The notes under the pieces are model-generated. The model searched no databases. It was not told the origin of the DNA and saw only the letters and a list, made by a program, of their open reading frames with translations. A program made the translations under genes and the position numbers. A stretch of DNA of 61,659 nucleotides, the filler included. It is 6 parts of 6 records of this genome, joined end to end, with 100 filler letters (N's around TTAATTAATTAA, not from the genome) between each part and the next. Parts side by side here need not be neighbours in the genome. Positions count along the whole stretch, not along the records: positions 1 to 21,939 come from SRR31156797_9998; positions 22,040 to 29,553 come from SRR31156797_10006; 4 more parts are not named here. The stretch is one strand, 5' to 3'. Of this stretch, positions 19,792 through 29,653 are shown piece after piece (the first letter of the stretch is position 1; the number at the start of each line of letters is the position of its first letter).

Positions 19792-21663
19792 ATGATCTTC
19801 AAAAATTCCCTACTTGTAATACTTGTATTTCTCTTATTTTCTGTTCAGGCTCAAGACAGATTTATTAGGAAGGGCAATAAGGCTTTCGAAAAAGGATATT
19901 ATCCAGAAGCGATATCCTACTTTCGGAATGTTAAAGAGAAAAATACCAAAATCAACCGGAAGATAGCCGAATCTTATTTCTTCCTGAATAATTACGAGCA
20001 AGCCGAAAAATACTTTAAGAAAATATACGATAGCGAGAAAACCGATAAGGATTTATTGACTTTATCACAAATCTATTTGGATGCCGGAAATTATGAAGCA
20101 GCCATCTTATTTTCAGAACAAGCTGCATTGGCTGGAGCCAGTCGTGAAGATATGGATAGACGAATTCTTGCCATACAAGAACTCACAAAAATAAGCCATA
20201 GGGATAAATGGCGAGTAAGGGAATTGAGTATTCAGCCGCAGTCGAAAAGTTTAGGATTGGCGCTTTATTCCGATCAACTGATTTATTCTAAACTACATTC
20301 TAAAAAAGCAGGATTAGATAAAACTTATCAATTGTTTGCTACTGGTTTTTCAGAGAAGGAGAAGACGAATCTGAAAGAGTTTGCTCCTAAAATTGGAGAG
20401 GGATTAGATGTGGGAGCAGCTGTGTTTTCTGCAGATGGAAAAACAATGTACTTTACGCAATGGTATACCCGAAAAGGCAAACAGATCATGGACATTGTTG
20501 AAGCTGAAAAAGTGGATACATGGAAAGCTACCAATGTACTGCCATTCAACTCTAAAAAATATTCCTGTGCTTACCCTGCCTTGAGTGAGGATGGTAAGAT
20601 CATGTATTTTGCTTCGGATATGCCGGGAGGTTTCGGAGGAATGGATTTGTACATTTCTCACAAAAGAGGAAACTCCTGGGGGAAGCCTGTGAATTTAGGA
20701 GCAGAAATCAATACCACTCAAAATGAGATTTATCCTCGTGTTTTGTCCGATGGAAAGCTTTGGTTTGCTTCTAATGGTCATGTTGGTTATGGGAAGTTGG
20801 ATCTTTACTTTGCTACAAAAACAACATCTGGAACTTGGGGAAATCTGAAAAATGCTGGAATGGCATTTAATTCCCAGTACAATGAATATTCTATAGCGAT
20901 TACTCGTGAGGGTGATAAACTGTGCTTTGTATCCGATCGCATGAACAATGGTGCTCGTGAAGGATTTTTCAGTATCGAAAAATTACAAGTTAAATCCGTG
21001 GAATTATTCCTGAGAGAAGCCAAATCGAATGCGATGATTGATAGTGCGCAGGTGAGTGTAAGTAGAATTGTGGACAATTCAAAAATACAAGTAGATAAAG
21101 CTGAAGGTGGTTCTTATGTGCTTTCGGTATTGTCAAAGGATATGGATAAAGGAGTTTTGTATTCTATAGAAATAGAATCGATTGGTTTTGAGTCTCAGCA
21201 ATTCAATTTTTATCCTGAATCGACTAAGGAGGAATTGGAGATCTTCTTAAAAAAAAAGGAGGATGAAATCGGATTTTCCAACGAATTACAAGCAATACCG
21301 AATTTGCCTCAAATAAAGTTTTTCCGAAATGTGTATTTTGAACCCAATGCAGATGAACTGACTGCTGAAAATAGAAAGGTATTGGATAAATATGCTGGTT
21401 TTTGGAAAATGTTTCCGGATTTGCGTTTGGTCATAAATTCCCATTCCGATTCGAAAGGAAGTGCTTCCGGGAATAAAAAAATGACTCTGAAAAGAGGGAA
21501 TCTGGCAAAAAATTACTTGACAAGTTTGGGAATTGATGAAGCAAAGATCGAATTGAATGCCTATGGAGAGGATTTTATAGTAAATGGATGTATTGATGGA
21601 GTAGAGTGCACAGAAGATCAACATCGAAAAAACAGAAGGTTGGAACTTCTTTTTATGTTTTAG
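19792..21663 (+). CDS. OmpA family protein with TPR and PD40 beta-propeller (PorE-like architecture)
   Basis: N-terminal TPRs; MYFASDMPGGFGGMDLY..WGKPVNLGAEINT (PD40); C-terminal HSDSKGS..N..KR..YGE..NRR OmpA-like domain. Confidence 0.88.
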   Translation: MIFKNSLLVILVFLLFSVQAQDRFIRKGNKAFEKGYYPEAISYFRNVKEKNTKINRKIAESYFFLNNYEQAEKYFKKIYDSEKTDKDLLTLSQIYLDAGNYEAAILFSEQAALAGASREDMDRRILAIQELTKISHRDKWRVRELSIQPQSKSLGLALYSDQLIYSKLHSKKAGLDKTYQLFATGFSEKEKTNLKEFAPKIGEGLDVGAAVFSADGKTMYFTQWYTRKGKQIMDIVEAEKVDTWKATNVLPFNSKKYSCAYPALSEDGKIMYFASDMPGGFGGMDLYISHKRGNSWGKPVNLGAEINTTQNEIYPRVLSDGKLWFASNGHVGYGKLDLYFATKTTSGTWGNLKNAGMAFNSQYNEYSIAITREGDKLCFVSDRMNNGAREGFFSIEKLQVKSVELFLREAKSNAMIDSAQVSVSRIVDNSKIQVDKAEGGSYVLSVLSKDMDKGVLYSIEIESIGFESQQFNFYPESTKEELEIFLKKKEDEIGFSNELQAIPNLPQIKFFRNVYFEPNADELTAENRKVLDKYAGFWKMFPDLRLVINSHSDSKGSASGNKKMTLKRGNLAKNYLTSLGIDEAKIELNAYGEDFIVNGCIDGVECTEDQHRKNRRLELLFMF

Positions 21664-21797
21664 GATAAATTTGTATTAAATGTTCTTTTTAATGATAATC
21701 TAGTTTGAAGAACAGGGATCTTTTCTTATGTGTTTTAAAGTGTGGCATCTTTTTTAAATATCTTTCGTTTTACGAAAACTTTAGTAAGATCGGGAAG

Positions 21798-21939
21798 TTT
21801 CGAACTTTGTTCGAAAATCACGCGACCGCACTTAAGTTTGAGGCAGATAAGATAGAGATTTTAAAAGCAGCCTTGATCTTTTTTTCTTCGTTTTTTGGAT
21901 CAAGCCAAAAATTGGAGCGTAGCGGAAATCGTGAATACA
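21798..21939. repeat. Palindromic dispersed repeat at the contig end
   Basis: TTTCGAAC-TTT-GTTCGAAA; CTTGATC..GATCAAG; TTTTGG-ATCAAG-CCAAAA; GAGCGTAGCGG. Confidence 0.55.
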
Positions 21940-22039
21940 NNNNNNNNNNNNNNNNNNNNNNNNNNNNNNNNNNNNNNNNNNNNTTAATTAATTAANNNNN
22001 NNNNNNNNNNNNNNNNNNNNNNNNNNNNNNNNNNNNNNN
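21940..22039. other. Artificial contig linker
   Basis: N44-TTAATTAATTAA-N44, which gives stops in all six frames. Confidence 0.99.
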
Positions 22040-22081
22040 TTTTCTCATCTAAGGAGAAAAGTAAAAGCCATACGGCTTGAG
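22040..22081. repeat. Dispersed repeat copy at the contig start
   Basis: TTTTCTC-ATCTAAG-GAGAAAA hairpin followed by GTAAAAGCCATACGGCTTGAG, which resembles the reverse complement of 4551-4575. Confidence 0.5.
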
Positions 22082-22161
22082 TAAATAGAAAATTACTCAG
22101 CACAGTGAGAAAATCAGAATATCTTTACTAATACGCTTTAGGAGATATTGTTATTTACTCT

Positions 22162-22196
22162 AAAAAGAAAGGTTTCACAAAATAGTGAAACCTTTT
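22162..22196 (-). terminator. Intrinsic terminator after rlmF
   Basis: AAAGGTTTCAC/GTGAAACCTTT stem with a flanking A-run. Confidence 0.8.
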
Positions 22197-22206
22197 ATAA
22201 TATAAA

Positions 22207-23193
22207 TTAGTCCTTTTTCTTTGGCTTCACATTCCACCTCGTGTTTTTCCATTTCTGCTGTTCTTCCTTTGTTAGGAATGTCCAGGCAACAATTCTACTT
22301 GTTTTATTTCCTTGCCCCATCGGAATGGTTTCTACTTTAACGGCATTTACATCTTTAAGTGCTTGGTATACCTTTTTTAGGTTAGATTCCTTCGAGATTA
22401 AACTTGAAAACCAGAAACACGATTTTGCAAACTTTTTACTCTGATTAATCATGTTTCTCACAAACCTGGCTTCACCACCATCACACCACAACTCGTTACT
22501 TTGACCTGCAAAATTTAGGCTTGGTTGGCTTACCTTTTCGGATGATAGGTTTCTTGTTTTTCGCATGGTTCCTTCCAAGGCATCTTTTGCAGAAGCATGA
22601 AACGGAGGATTACAAATAGATATATCTACCAATCCACCTTTTGGAATTACACCATAGAAAAAGTCTTTAGGATTTTCCTGTAGAATACATTTAACTTTTC
22701 CTTTCAAAGATTCATTCGAGTTGACAATATTTTCTGCTGATTTTAAGGCAATAGGATCAATATCGGCACCAATAAAGGACCAGGCGTATTCACTTGTTCC
22801 AATAATAGGATAAATACAATTTGCCCCAACACCAATGTCTAAACAAGTAATTTTATCTCCTGTTGGTATTTTCCCGTAATTGTTCTGGCGCAACAAATCG
22901 GCAATATGATGAATGTAATCTGCTCTTCCAGGAATAGGAGGGCACAGATAGTTTTCAGGAATATCCCATGTGCTTAGTCCGTAAAAATGGATTAAGATTG
23001 CCCTGTTTAGCATTTTAACAGCATCAGGATTTGCGAAGTCTATCGACTCATCCTCATACTTATTTAATATCACAAAAGGCTTTAATTCGGGACAGCTTTC
23101 CACCAACTTTTTCAAATCGTATCGTTCACGATTTTTATTTCTTTCGTGCAATCTCGACTTTACCTTAGGATGTTTTTTCTTCTTATCTAGCAT
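22207..23193 (-). CDS. rlmF: 23S rRNA (adenine1618-N6)-methyltransferase
   Basis: LCPPIPGRADYIH, LDIGVGANCIYP, CNPPFH, ELWCDGGE and MGQGNKTSR. Confidence 0.95.
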   Translation of the reverse strand: MLDKKKKHPKVKSRLHERNKNRERYDLKKLVESCPELKPFVILNKYEDESIDFANPDAVKMLNRAILIHFYGLSTWDIPENYLCPPIPGRADYIHHIADLLRQNNYGKIPTGDKITCLDIGVGANCIYPIIGTSEYAWSFIGADIDPIALKSAENIVNSNESLKGKVKCILQENPKDFFYGVIPKGGLVDISICNPPFHASAKDALEGTMRKTRNLSSEKVSQPSLNFAGQSNELWCDGGEARFVRNMINQSKKFAKSCFWFSSLISKESNLKKVYQALKDVNAVKVETIPMGQGNKTSRIVAWTFLTKEEQQKWKNTRWNVKPKKKD

Positions 23194-23419
23194 GGATTGT
23201 AATCTCTTATTTGAATCCGCTAAATTAGAACATTAATGGCAGAAAATCGCTTTTCTTTTGTTTTTGAAGTTGTGTTTTTTAGGCAGTATCAATTTAAGAA
23301 GCTTTGTTAAACTCAAAATAAGGACTCAAATTAATTTCTGTCCGGTAAATGTTTATAACAATCTTTTAGATATCTTTTTTCTACTTGTGATTGCTTTAAT
23401 AATTCAATTATTTTAATCA

Positions 23420-23965
23420 TTAAGTAAAAATAAAGAAGTAAAAAGAAGTTAATGTAAAAGGCAAACTAAGCAACGTGAGTATTATGAAGTTTTTCATACT
23501 TGAAGGTTGGTTCTCTTCACAGTATTGAGGATTTTCTTCCTTCATTTTCTTTTTAATAAAAGCAGTGAAGGTATCATCAGCCATTATTCTTTTTTGAGAT
23601 TGGGTTGGTATAAAACAGATTCTTTTAGTATCTCCCGACTTTTGATCAAAATACTTAATGGTCATGAACCAAGGACCTGCTAAATCGAATTTGGAAACAT
23701 ATTTAATATCAGAATACTGAATTAATGTTCTTTTGCGACCTTTAATCAATATGCCCTTATCAGATGTAGTAATACTCTTTAATCTGAATGGTATTTGTAT
23801 GAAAAAAATTGAGAACCATATTAACATTATTGCAAATGCCATCTTAACACCATCTGGTGCTTCACCTACAAAATTGTGTACTAGAAAGGAGGCACCAAAA
23901 CCTAAAACAAATAAAAGTGGAAAAAAATATTTAAAGAAAACGGTTTGTTTCGAACTGGTGTACAT
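23420..23965 (-). CDS. Hypothetical membrane protein
   Basis: 181 aa; two N-terminal TMs, a soluble beta-rich middle and a C-terminal TM. Confidence 0.65.
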   Translation of the reverse strand: MYTSSKQTVFFKYFFPLLFVLGFGASFLVHNFVGEAPDGVKMAFAIMLIWFSIFFIQIPFRLKSITTSDKGILIKGRKRTLIQYSDIKYVSKFDLAGPWFMTIKYFDQKSGDTKRICFIPTQSQKRIMADDTFTAFIKKKMKEENPQYCEENQPSSMKNFIILTLLSLPFTLTSFYFFIFT

Positions 23966-24047
23966 AGGGATAGGTTTTATAGATTTCTAATTTTGGGATT
24001 GATATAAAGTTAAATATTAATTCATAATATGATTAATTTTAAGGCAC

Positions 24048-24081
24048 AAAAAAATCCAAATGCATCTGCATTTAGATTTTT
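24048..24081 (-). terminator. Intrinsic terminator after asnB
   Basis: AAAAATC-CAAATGCA/TGCATTT-AGATTTTT stem. Confidence 0.7.
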
Positions 24082-24104
24082 ATGATATCCGTTATAAATA
24101 AAGT

Positions 24105-25790
24105 TTATTGATTCACTTTTTTTTCCTCATAAGCAGAGTTATGAACAGCATTTACCGCACGTCCCGAAGGATCGGCATTGTTCTGGAATGATGCATCCCA
24201 AGCCAAAGCCTCAGCAGTACTACATGCAATTGATGGAATTGACGGAACACAAGCCGCAGCAGTATCCGAAGGGAAATGCTCCGAGAAGATTACACGGTAG
24301 TAATACTCCTCTTTCGACATTGGAGGATTAACCGGAAATCGGAATGCAGCATTTGCCAACTGCTCATCAGAAACTTCTGTTTCAGCAATCTCTTTCAAAG
24401 TATCAATCCAATTGTAACCAACACCATCAGAGAATTGTTCTTTTTGTCTCCAAGCAACTTCTTCAGGTAAATAATCTTCAAAAGCTTTACGAATCACCCA
24501 CTTTTCCATTTTTCCATCCTTTGCCATTTTATCCTCAGGATTAATTCTCATGGCAATATCAAGGAACTCCTTATCCAGGAATGGAACACGACTTTCAACT
24601 CCCCAGGAAGCCATAGACTTATTGGAACGCAGGCAATCGAAAAGGTGTAGTTTATCGAGTTTTCGTAAACATTCGGTATGAAATTCTTTAGCATTTGGAG
24701 CCTTATGAAAGTAAAGATATCCACCAAACATTTCGTCGGCGCCTTCACCCGAAAGAACCATTTTAATACCCATCGATTTGATCACACGAGCCATCATATA
24801 CATTGGAGTAGAAGCACGAACGGTGGTTACGTCGTACGTCTCCAAATGATATATCACATCGCGAATGGCATCTAAACCTTCCTGTACTGTAAATGTAACT
24901 TCGTGGTGAACGGTCTCGATATAATCAGCAACTTTTCGTGAAGCAGCCAAATCGGGAGATCCTTCCAACCCAATTGCAAAAGAGTGCAACTGTGGATACC
25001 AGGCATCTTGCTGATCACCTGATTCTACACGTTTTGCTGCATATTTTTTAGCAATGGCAGAAATTACCGATGAATCCAATCCTCCAGAAAGTAAAACACC
25101 ATAAGGAACATCAGACATTAATTGGCGATGTACAGCATCTTCCAATCCCTTACGAAGAGCCTCCATATCTGTCGTATTGTCTTTTACTTTCTCGTAATCC
25201 ATCCAATCACGCTGATACCACTCCTTAACTTCACCATCTTTACTATACAAGAACTTTCCTGGAAGAAATTCTTCAATCTTGTTACAGTAGCCTTCCAAAG
25301 CTTTTAATTCTGAAGCTACATAGAAGTTGCCGTGTTGATCCCAACCTTGATACAAGGGAATAATTCCCATGTGATCGCGACCAATTAGATAGCAATCGTT
25401 CTTTTTGTCGTACAAAGCAAAGGCAAAAATACCATTCAAATCATCAATAAAATCGATTCCTTTTTTATCGTATAAGGCAAGGATAACTTCGCAATCGGAT
25501 TTGGTTAAGAACTCGTATGATCCGTTCATCTGATTTCGAATGTCCATGTGATTATAGATTTCACCATTTACAGCCAGTGCCAAATTACCATCTTTGCTGC
25601 ACAAAGGTTGTCCTCCCGACTGAGGATCTACAATCGATAGTCTCTCGTGAGATAATATCGCTTTTTCATCACAAAATACACCAGACCAATCTGGTCCGCG
25701 GTGACGAATTTTCTTAGACATTTCAAGAATTTGAGGGCGTAGCTCTTGCGCGTCTACCTTCAAATCAAAAACTCCTACGAATCCACACAT
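24105..25790 (-). CDS. asnB: Asparagine synthase B (glutamine-hydrolysing)
   Basis: N-terminal MCG, HRGPDWSG, NGEIYN, LLSGGLDSS, SGEGADE, RVPFLD and WRQKEQFSDG. Confidence 0.97.
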   Translation of the reverse strand: MCGFVGVFDLKVDAQELRPQILEMSKKIRHRGPDWSGVFCDEKAILSHERLSIVDPQSGGQPLCSKDGNLALAVNGEIYNHMDIRNQMNGSYEFLTKSDCEVILALYDKKGIDFIDDLNGIFAFALYDKKNDCYLIGRDHMGIIPLYQGWDQHGNFYVASELKALEGYCNKIEEFLPGKFLYSKDGEVKEWYQRDWMDYEKVKDNTTDMEALRKGLEDAVHRQLMSDVPYGVLLSGGLDSSVISAIAKKYAAKRVESGDQQDAWYPQLHSFAIGLEGSPDLAASRKVADYIETVHHEVTFTVQEGLDAIRDVIYHLETYDVTTVRASTPMYMMARVIKSMGIKMVLSGEGADEMFGGYLYFHKAPNAKEFHTECLRKLDKLHLFDCLRSNKSMASWGVESRVPFLDKEFLDIAMRINPEDKMAKDGKMEKWVIRKAFEDYLPEEVAWRQKEQFSDGVGYNWIDTLKEIAETEVSDEQLANAAFRFPVNPPMSKEEYYYRVIFSEHFPSDTAAACVPSIPSIACSTAEALAWDASFQNNADPSGRAVNAVHNSAYEEKKVNQ

Positions 25791-25959
25791 AAAAAATCTG
25801 TTTAATAGTTACTTAATAAGCTCCGAAATTGATCCGGAGCTTGCTTAATTTTGGTTTATAATCTGAAAATACAATTTTCATTTTATAATCTACCATGTTT
25901 TCAGTGTGTTATCGTTTGCGAAACGGGAAAATAATAATTTCAATAATAAAATGAAGATT

Positions 25960-28074
25960 TTACCACTCAATTTCTAATTGTTTACCCTTAGATGAATTTT
26001 TGAAATGAATTAGGAGAGTTTGACTCTTTTTATTCCATTTGCCAATTACTGTTTCACCATCAATTTTAATCAGCCTTGGTTCTTTTGGAAGATAAATTTG
26101 GACGATACCATTTACCCCTTCAGGTCCTTTTAGTGTGCAATTATATGAAGATTTAGTATTGTTCTCCTGAGTTGCTCTTGCTGATCCTGCAAGCAGTCTG
26201 CTAGGGTGAGAGTTTGCCTTATTCAAATCGAAAAGGTAAGCTGCTTCTCCTGGTACCAGATCTCTTGATTCTATGATTTCTAATTTTGATGAGAATAAAT
26301 CAATATAATTACCGCTTATTTTTAAAGGATTTTTATCTATACTTTCAGTCATGGTATAAGCCATTCGGTAAGCGCCACGTTGCAAATCGAAATAATTTTT
26401 CTCATGCCATTCTGATTTTCTCTTTTTAGAGTTCCAAACCTCTTTCACAATTTGAATGATCTCTGCATCATTATCCTCCAAAATAAAATCTTTAGGATTC
26501 TTTTTGAAGTATAAGAATTGTCCCTTGGCGAGTTGCTGATTCTCATGAGTATCTTTGGCATTTAATTCCTTTAAAAGATGCTCTAGTGGAGAATCGAATC
26601 CTTCTTTATTCCACCACTGATTGCTATTGTTGAATACATCCTTATTTGTACCAAAATAGATTAAAGAACCACCATTTTTCACCCAGTTTGCAATGGTTTT
26701 ATGATATTCTTTTGATAAGGGTTTTAGGTTTTCATAGGATAACAAAAGCAGTTCCGTATCATTTAAAGCTTCTTCGCTTATCAGATTTTCAATAAACTTC
26801 ACTTTGGCTGGAATTCCGTGCTTCACCAATGGAAGAGCCATACCATAAAAGTTTGCAATTCTTGGATCTGAATAATTATCTTTTTTCCAAGGCGTTTGAA
26901 ATTGGATGGTATTGGAAATGGCTACAGCTATTCCTTTGGTTCCGTTTACCAATTCATCCGATTTTTCGAAATGATTTAAAGAGTTTACCTCAATTAACAC
27001 CTGTGTTGCATAATTTTTAGGCATTACAGTTTTCTCTCCACTTTCCGAAGGATATTTGGCGTCGAATATTCTCGATGGCCATGGCATCACTTCGTATTGG
27101 TTCACTTGTGGAAAAAGCAATTGCGCAACAAAATTCTTCTGGTAATTCTCTCTGTAATCAGTCCAGGTATGGTTTGGGTCATCTTCAATAGGGTCAGTTA
27201 AAAAGATCATTTCTTTACTATTCTGATCGGTTAAAGCCAATAAACTAGTGTATTCTAAGAATGCATTTTCAAAAGTACGCTCGGCATATTTACCCTTGTA
27301 ATAAATTGGAGTTCGTGCAGTTCCGGTCCAAACTTGTCCAATATAACCATCGATACTTTCTACTTTATTAAATTCAATCTCGGGACTAATGATATTCCAA
27401 AGGCTGTAGTTAAGAATAGAGTGGGTAGGAACATAACATTTAATGCCAGGATTTAAGCTTTTCGCGTAATTGTACAACTCTTCGATGTGTTTTTTATAGA
27501 GTTGAGTTTTTAGAATTCCTGTTCTCAACATGTTTTCAGGCGATGAATGCTGATCTTGCCATGGCTGATTGAAAAAGCTATTCCATTCCGATTTAAAAGC
27601 CTCGCTATAACCACCTCTAGTAAATATCTCAGGTTCTTCGATATAAAATCCTTTGGTGCCAGCATCTACAGCTGTTTTTATAAACGATTTAAAATAATTG
27701 GTGTAGGCTTTATTCGGAATGAAGTAGGGGATATGAGCTCCGTGTAAAACATCTTCTCCATTTTTTGTTTTTTGGATGATTTCAGGATGTGCTTTGCCAT
27801 CAAAATCGCCATTCAACAAATCTTTGTTCTCTCCCCAGGATGCACTAAACATGCTATGAGTTTCGTAACCGCGATCTTTCCAGGTTTGTGCCTTTTGTTG
27901 GTAATTGTTTGTATTACCATACACCATTACCACATCCGAATTGATGTCAATTTCTGGTCGCCAGTCTGAAAAAGTTTGAAAATAGGTTCTGTTAATTTTT
28001 GAATTTTGTTCTTTCTGAGTGGTACACCCAGATAAAAAAGCCAGGCAACAAATTGCCAACTGATAGATTCTCAT
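25960..28074 (-). CDS. Uncharacterised 704-aa lipoprotein, putative glycoside-hydrolase-like TIM barrel
   Basis: Lipobox LSGC; GFYIEEPE motif; later WVKNGGSLIY segment like the GH42 trimerisation domain; own TATATTTG promoter at 28119-28126. Confidence 0.6.
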   Translation of the reverse strand: MRIYQLAICCLAFLSGCTTQKEQNSKINRTYFQTFSDWRPEIDINSDVVMVYGNTNNYQQKAQTWKDRGYETHSMFSASWGENKDLLNGDFDGKAHPEIIQKTKNGEDVLHGAHIPYFIPNKAYTNYFKSFIKTAVDAGTKGFYIEEPEIFTRGGYSEAFKSEWNSFFNQPWQDQHSSPENMLRTGILKTQLYKKHIEELYNYAKSLNPGIKCYVPTHSILNYSLWNIISPEIEFNKVESIDGYIGQVWTGTARTPIYYKGKYAERTFENAFLEYTSLLALTDQNSKEMIFLTDPIEDDPNHTWTDYRENYQKNFVAQLLFPQVNQYEVMPWPSRIFDAKYPSESGEKTVMPKNYATQVLIEVNSLNHFEKSDELVNGTKGIAVAISNTIQFQTPWKKDNYSDPRIANFYGMALPLVKHGIPAKVKFIENLISEEALNDTELLLLSYENLKPLSKEYHKTIANWVKNGGSLIYFGTNKDVFNNSNQWWNKEGFDSPLEHLLKELNAKDTHENQQLAKGQFLYFKKNPKDFILEDNDAEIIQIVKEVWNSKKRKSEWHEKNYFDLQRGAYRMAYTMTESIDKNPLKISGNYIDLFSSKLEIIESRDLVPGEAAYLFDLNKANSHPSRLLAGSARATQENNTKSSYNCTLKGPEGVNGIVQIYLPKEPRLIKIDGETVIGKWNKKSQTLLIHFKNSSKGKQLEIEW

Positions 28075-28157
28075 CTATTTGAAATTAAATGTTATTATTT
28101 TGGCTTTTGGAAGGAGTGCAAATATAGTGGAATTAGAATACTTTGCCAAGTTGGGTT

Positions 28158-28187
28158 AAAAAGAAAAGGACACCTTTCAGTGTCCTT
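28158..28187 (-). terminator. Intrinsic terminator
   Basis: AAGGACAC/GTGTCCTT stem with an A-run on the left. Confidence 0.7.
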
Positions 28188-28191
28188 CGTA

Positions 28192-29553
28192 TTAATTTAC
28201 TTTTAATTCGTTATCGAGAAATGTTTTCAAGGTGTCAACATCTAATCGTTTTGCAATTATCTTTTTATCCTTATCAAGTAAATAGATGATTGGAGTACTG
28301 TACACATCGTAATAGATCCTGAAATTGGTTTGAAATTGAGGATCGTAACAGTTGATAAAATCGTATAATTCGTAGCTATCAATTGCTTCAGCCCAAAGCT
28401 CTTTTTGATCCTGAGTGCATACAGCAAAAACCTTTATTCCTTTATCTTTGTACTTATCAAGAATTTCTGTTTTTAAACGGGGAGTTACTTTTTTACAATG
28501 ACCACAATCAGGTTCCCAAAAATAAAGAACGGTGTATTTAGCATCAACTTCGTGAAGGCGAACAAATTCTCCTTCAGGAGTTTCCATTAATAAATCCTGA
28601 GATTTCATGCCCAGCAAATTGAATTGTGTTTTAATTACTTTCTCACGAATTTGTGCCATTAAAGTTGAATCAGCCCAACTAGCTTGTCCGCTCAAGTAGT
28701 ATTTCTTTGCCAACTTTACGAAAGCTGCATCCATACCCATAATTTTACTTTTTACAGCATAGTTTAAGGAGTATTGAGTTAGATACTGAAAAAAGATACT
28801 ATCCGATTTAGCTTGTTCAATAATTTTAACGGATTCTTTAACGATACTATCTGGACTTTGAACCAATATCTTCTCATAAAAAAATTGCAATTTGTTCTTT
28901 AAAATTGGTGTTCTTAAAAAGCGATTATCAGCAAAGTTTACATGATCGAAGTAATGATCTTTATTGTATAAATAAGATTTGCGTTGGATTTCCTTATCTC
29001 TGTTTGGGGTTGATTCAGGAATTTCTTTTGAGAAATCGGGAACCCTAGGAGAAAGTGTAAAGTTTGCAAAGAGGCTAACAAATGAGTTTGGATAATCAAG
29101 TTTTAATTGATTGATGTAATCACGAACTGCGAGATCTGCATCTTTATAAGCTTGCTTGTATTTTTCTTTTGCAGCATTGTTATTACCTGCTTTTTTATAT
29201 TCTTCTTGTAATTGCTTCGATTTTGCATTCTGTGATTTCATAAATACTTGAAAATTATGAAATGCATTGGTTTCCTCGGCATCATTAATTTTTATACTGC
29301 CAATAAAATCTTTTGGATCAGCAGATATGGAGAACGTTTGATCTTGTCCGATTAGTAAATCAAAATATTTCTGACTTGGTAAATAGATCACATAAATACC
29401 TTGTTCAAGTATTTTATCTTTAGAAAACGTTCCTTTACCATTAACAAGTTGAGTGGTGTCATCAGCAAAAATTCTACCATCGAAATAATGTGCCAAATAG
29501 GCTGATGAATCTGTACAGTTTTCCAATTGAACAGAGATATTATAATTTTGTGC
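28192..29553 (-). CDS. TlpA/thioredoxin-like protein (DUF4369/DUF5106-type architecture), 5' truncated
   Basis: Frame stays open to the contig edge (AQNYNISVQLEN...); YFWEPDCGHCK CxxC motif; STPIIYLLD cis-Pro loop. Confidence 0.85.
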   Translation of the reverse strand, partial: AQNYNISVQLENCTDSSAYLAHYFDGRIFADDTTQLVNGKGTFSKDKILEQGIYVIYLPSQKYFDLLIGQDQTFSISADPKDFIGSIKINDAEETNAFHNFQVFMKSQNAKSKQLQEEYKKAGNNNAAKEKYKQAYKDADLAVRDYINQLKLDYPNSFVSLFANFTLSPRVPDFSKEIPESTPNRDKEIQRKSYLYNKDHYFDHVNFADNRFLRTPILKNKLQFFYEKILVQSPDSIVKESVKIIEQAKSDSIFFQYLTQYSLNYAVKSKIMGMDAAFVKLAKKYYLSGQASWADSTLMAQIREKVIKTQFNLLGMKSQDLLMETPEGEFVRLHEVDAKYTVLYFWEPDCGHCKKVTPRLKTEILDKYKDKGIKVFAVCTQDQKELWAEAIDSYELYDFINCYDPQFQTNFRIYYDVYSTPIIYLLDKDKKIIAKRLDVDTLKTFLDNELKVN

Positions 29554-29653
29554 NNNNNNNNNNNNNNNNNNNNNNNNNNNNNNNNNNNNNNNNNNNNTTA
29601 ATTAATTAANNNNNNNNNNNNNNNNNNNNNNNNNNNNNNNNNNNNNNNNNNNN
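29554..29653. other. Artificial contig linker
   Basis: N44-TTAATTAATTAA-N44. Confidence 0.99.

Noticed and set aside
21984..21995. TTAATTAATTAA palindrome recurring five times
   Set aside because: Always centred in N44 runs, so it is an artificial spacer. ORFs ending in ...XLIN are artefacts.
21705..21995. 96-aa ORF at the end of contig 1
   Set aside because: Runs through a palindromic repeat and the linker.
25815..25897. Hairpin AAGCTCCG/CGGAGCTT and a 27-codon ORF upstream of asnB as an Asn attenuator
   Set aside because: The peptide MVDYKMKIVFSDYKPKLSKLRINFGAY has one Asn and the hairpin lacks a strong U-tract; it may simply terminate the upstream gene.
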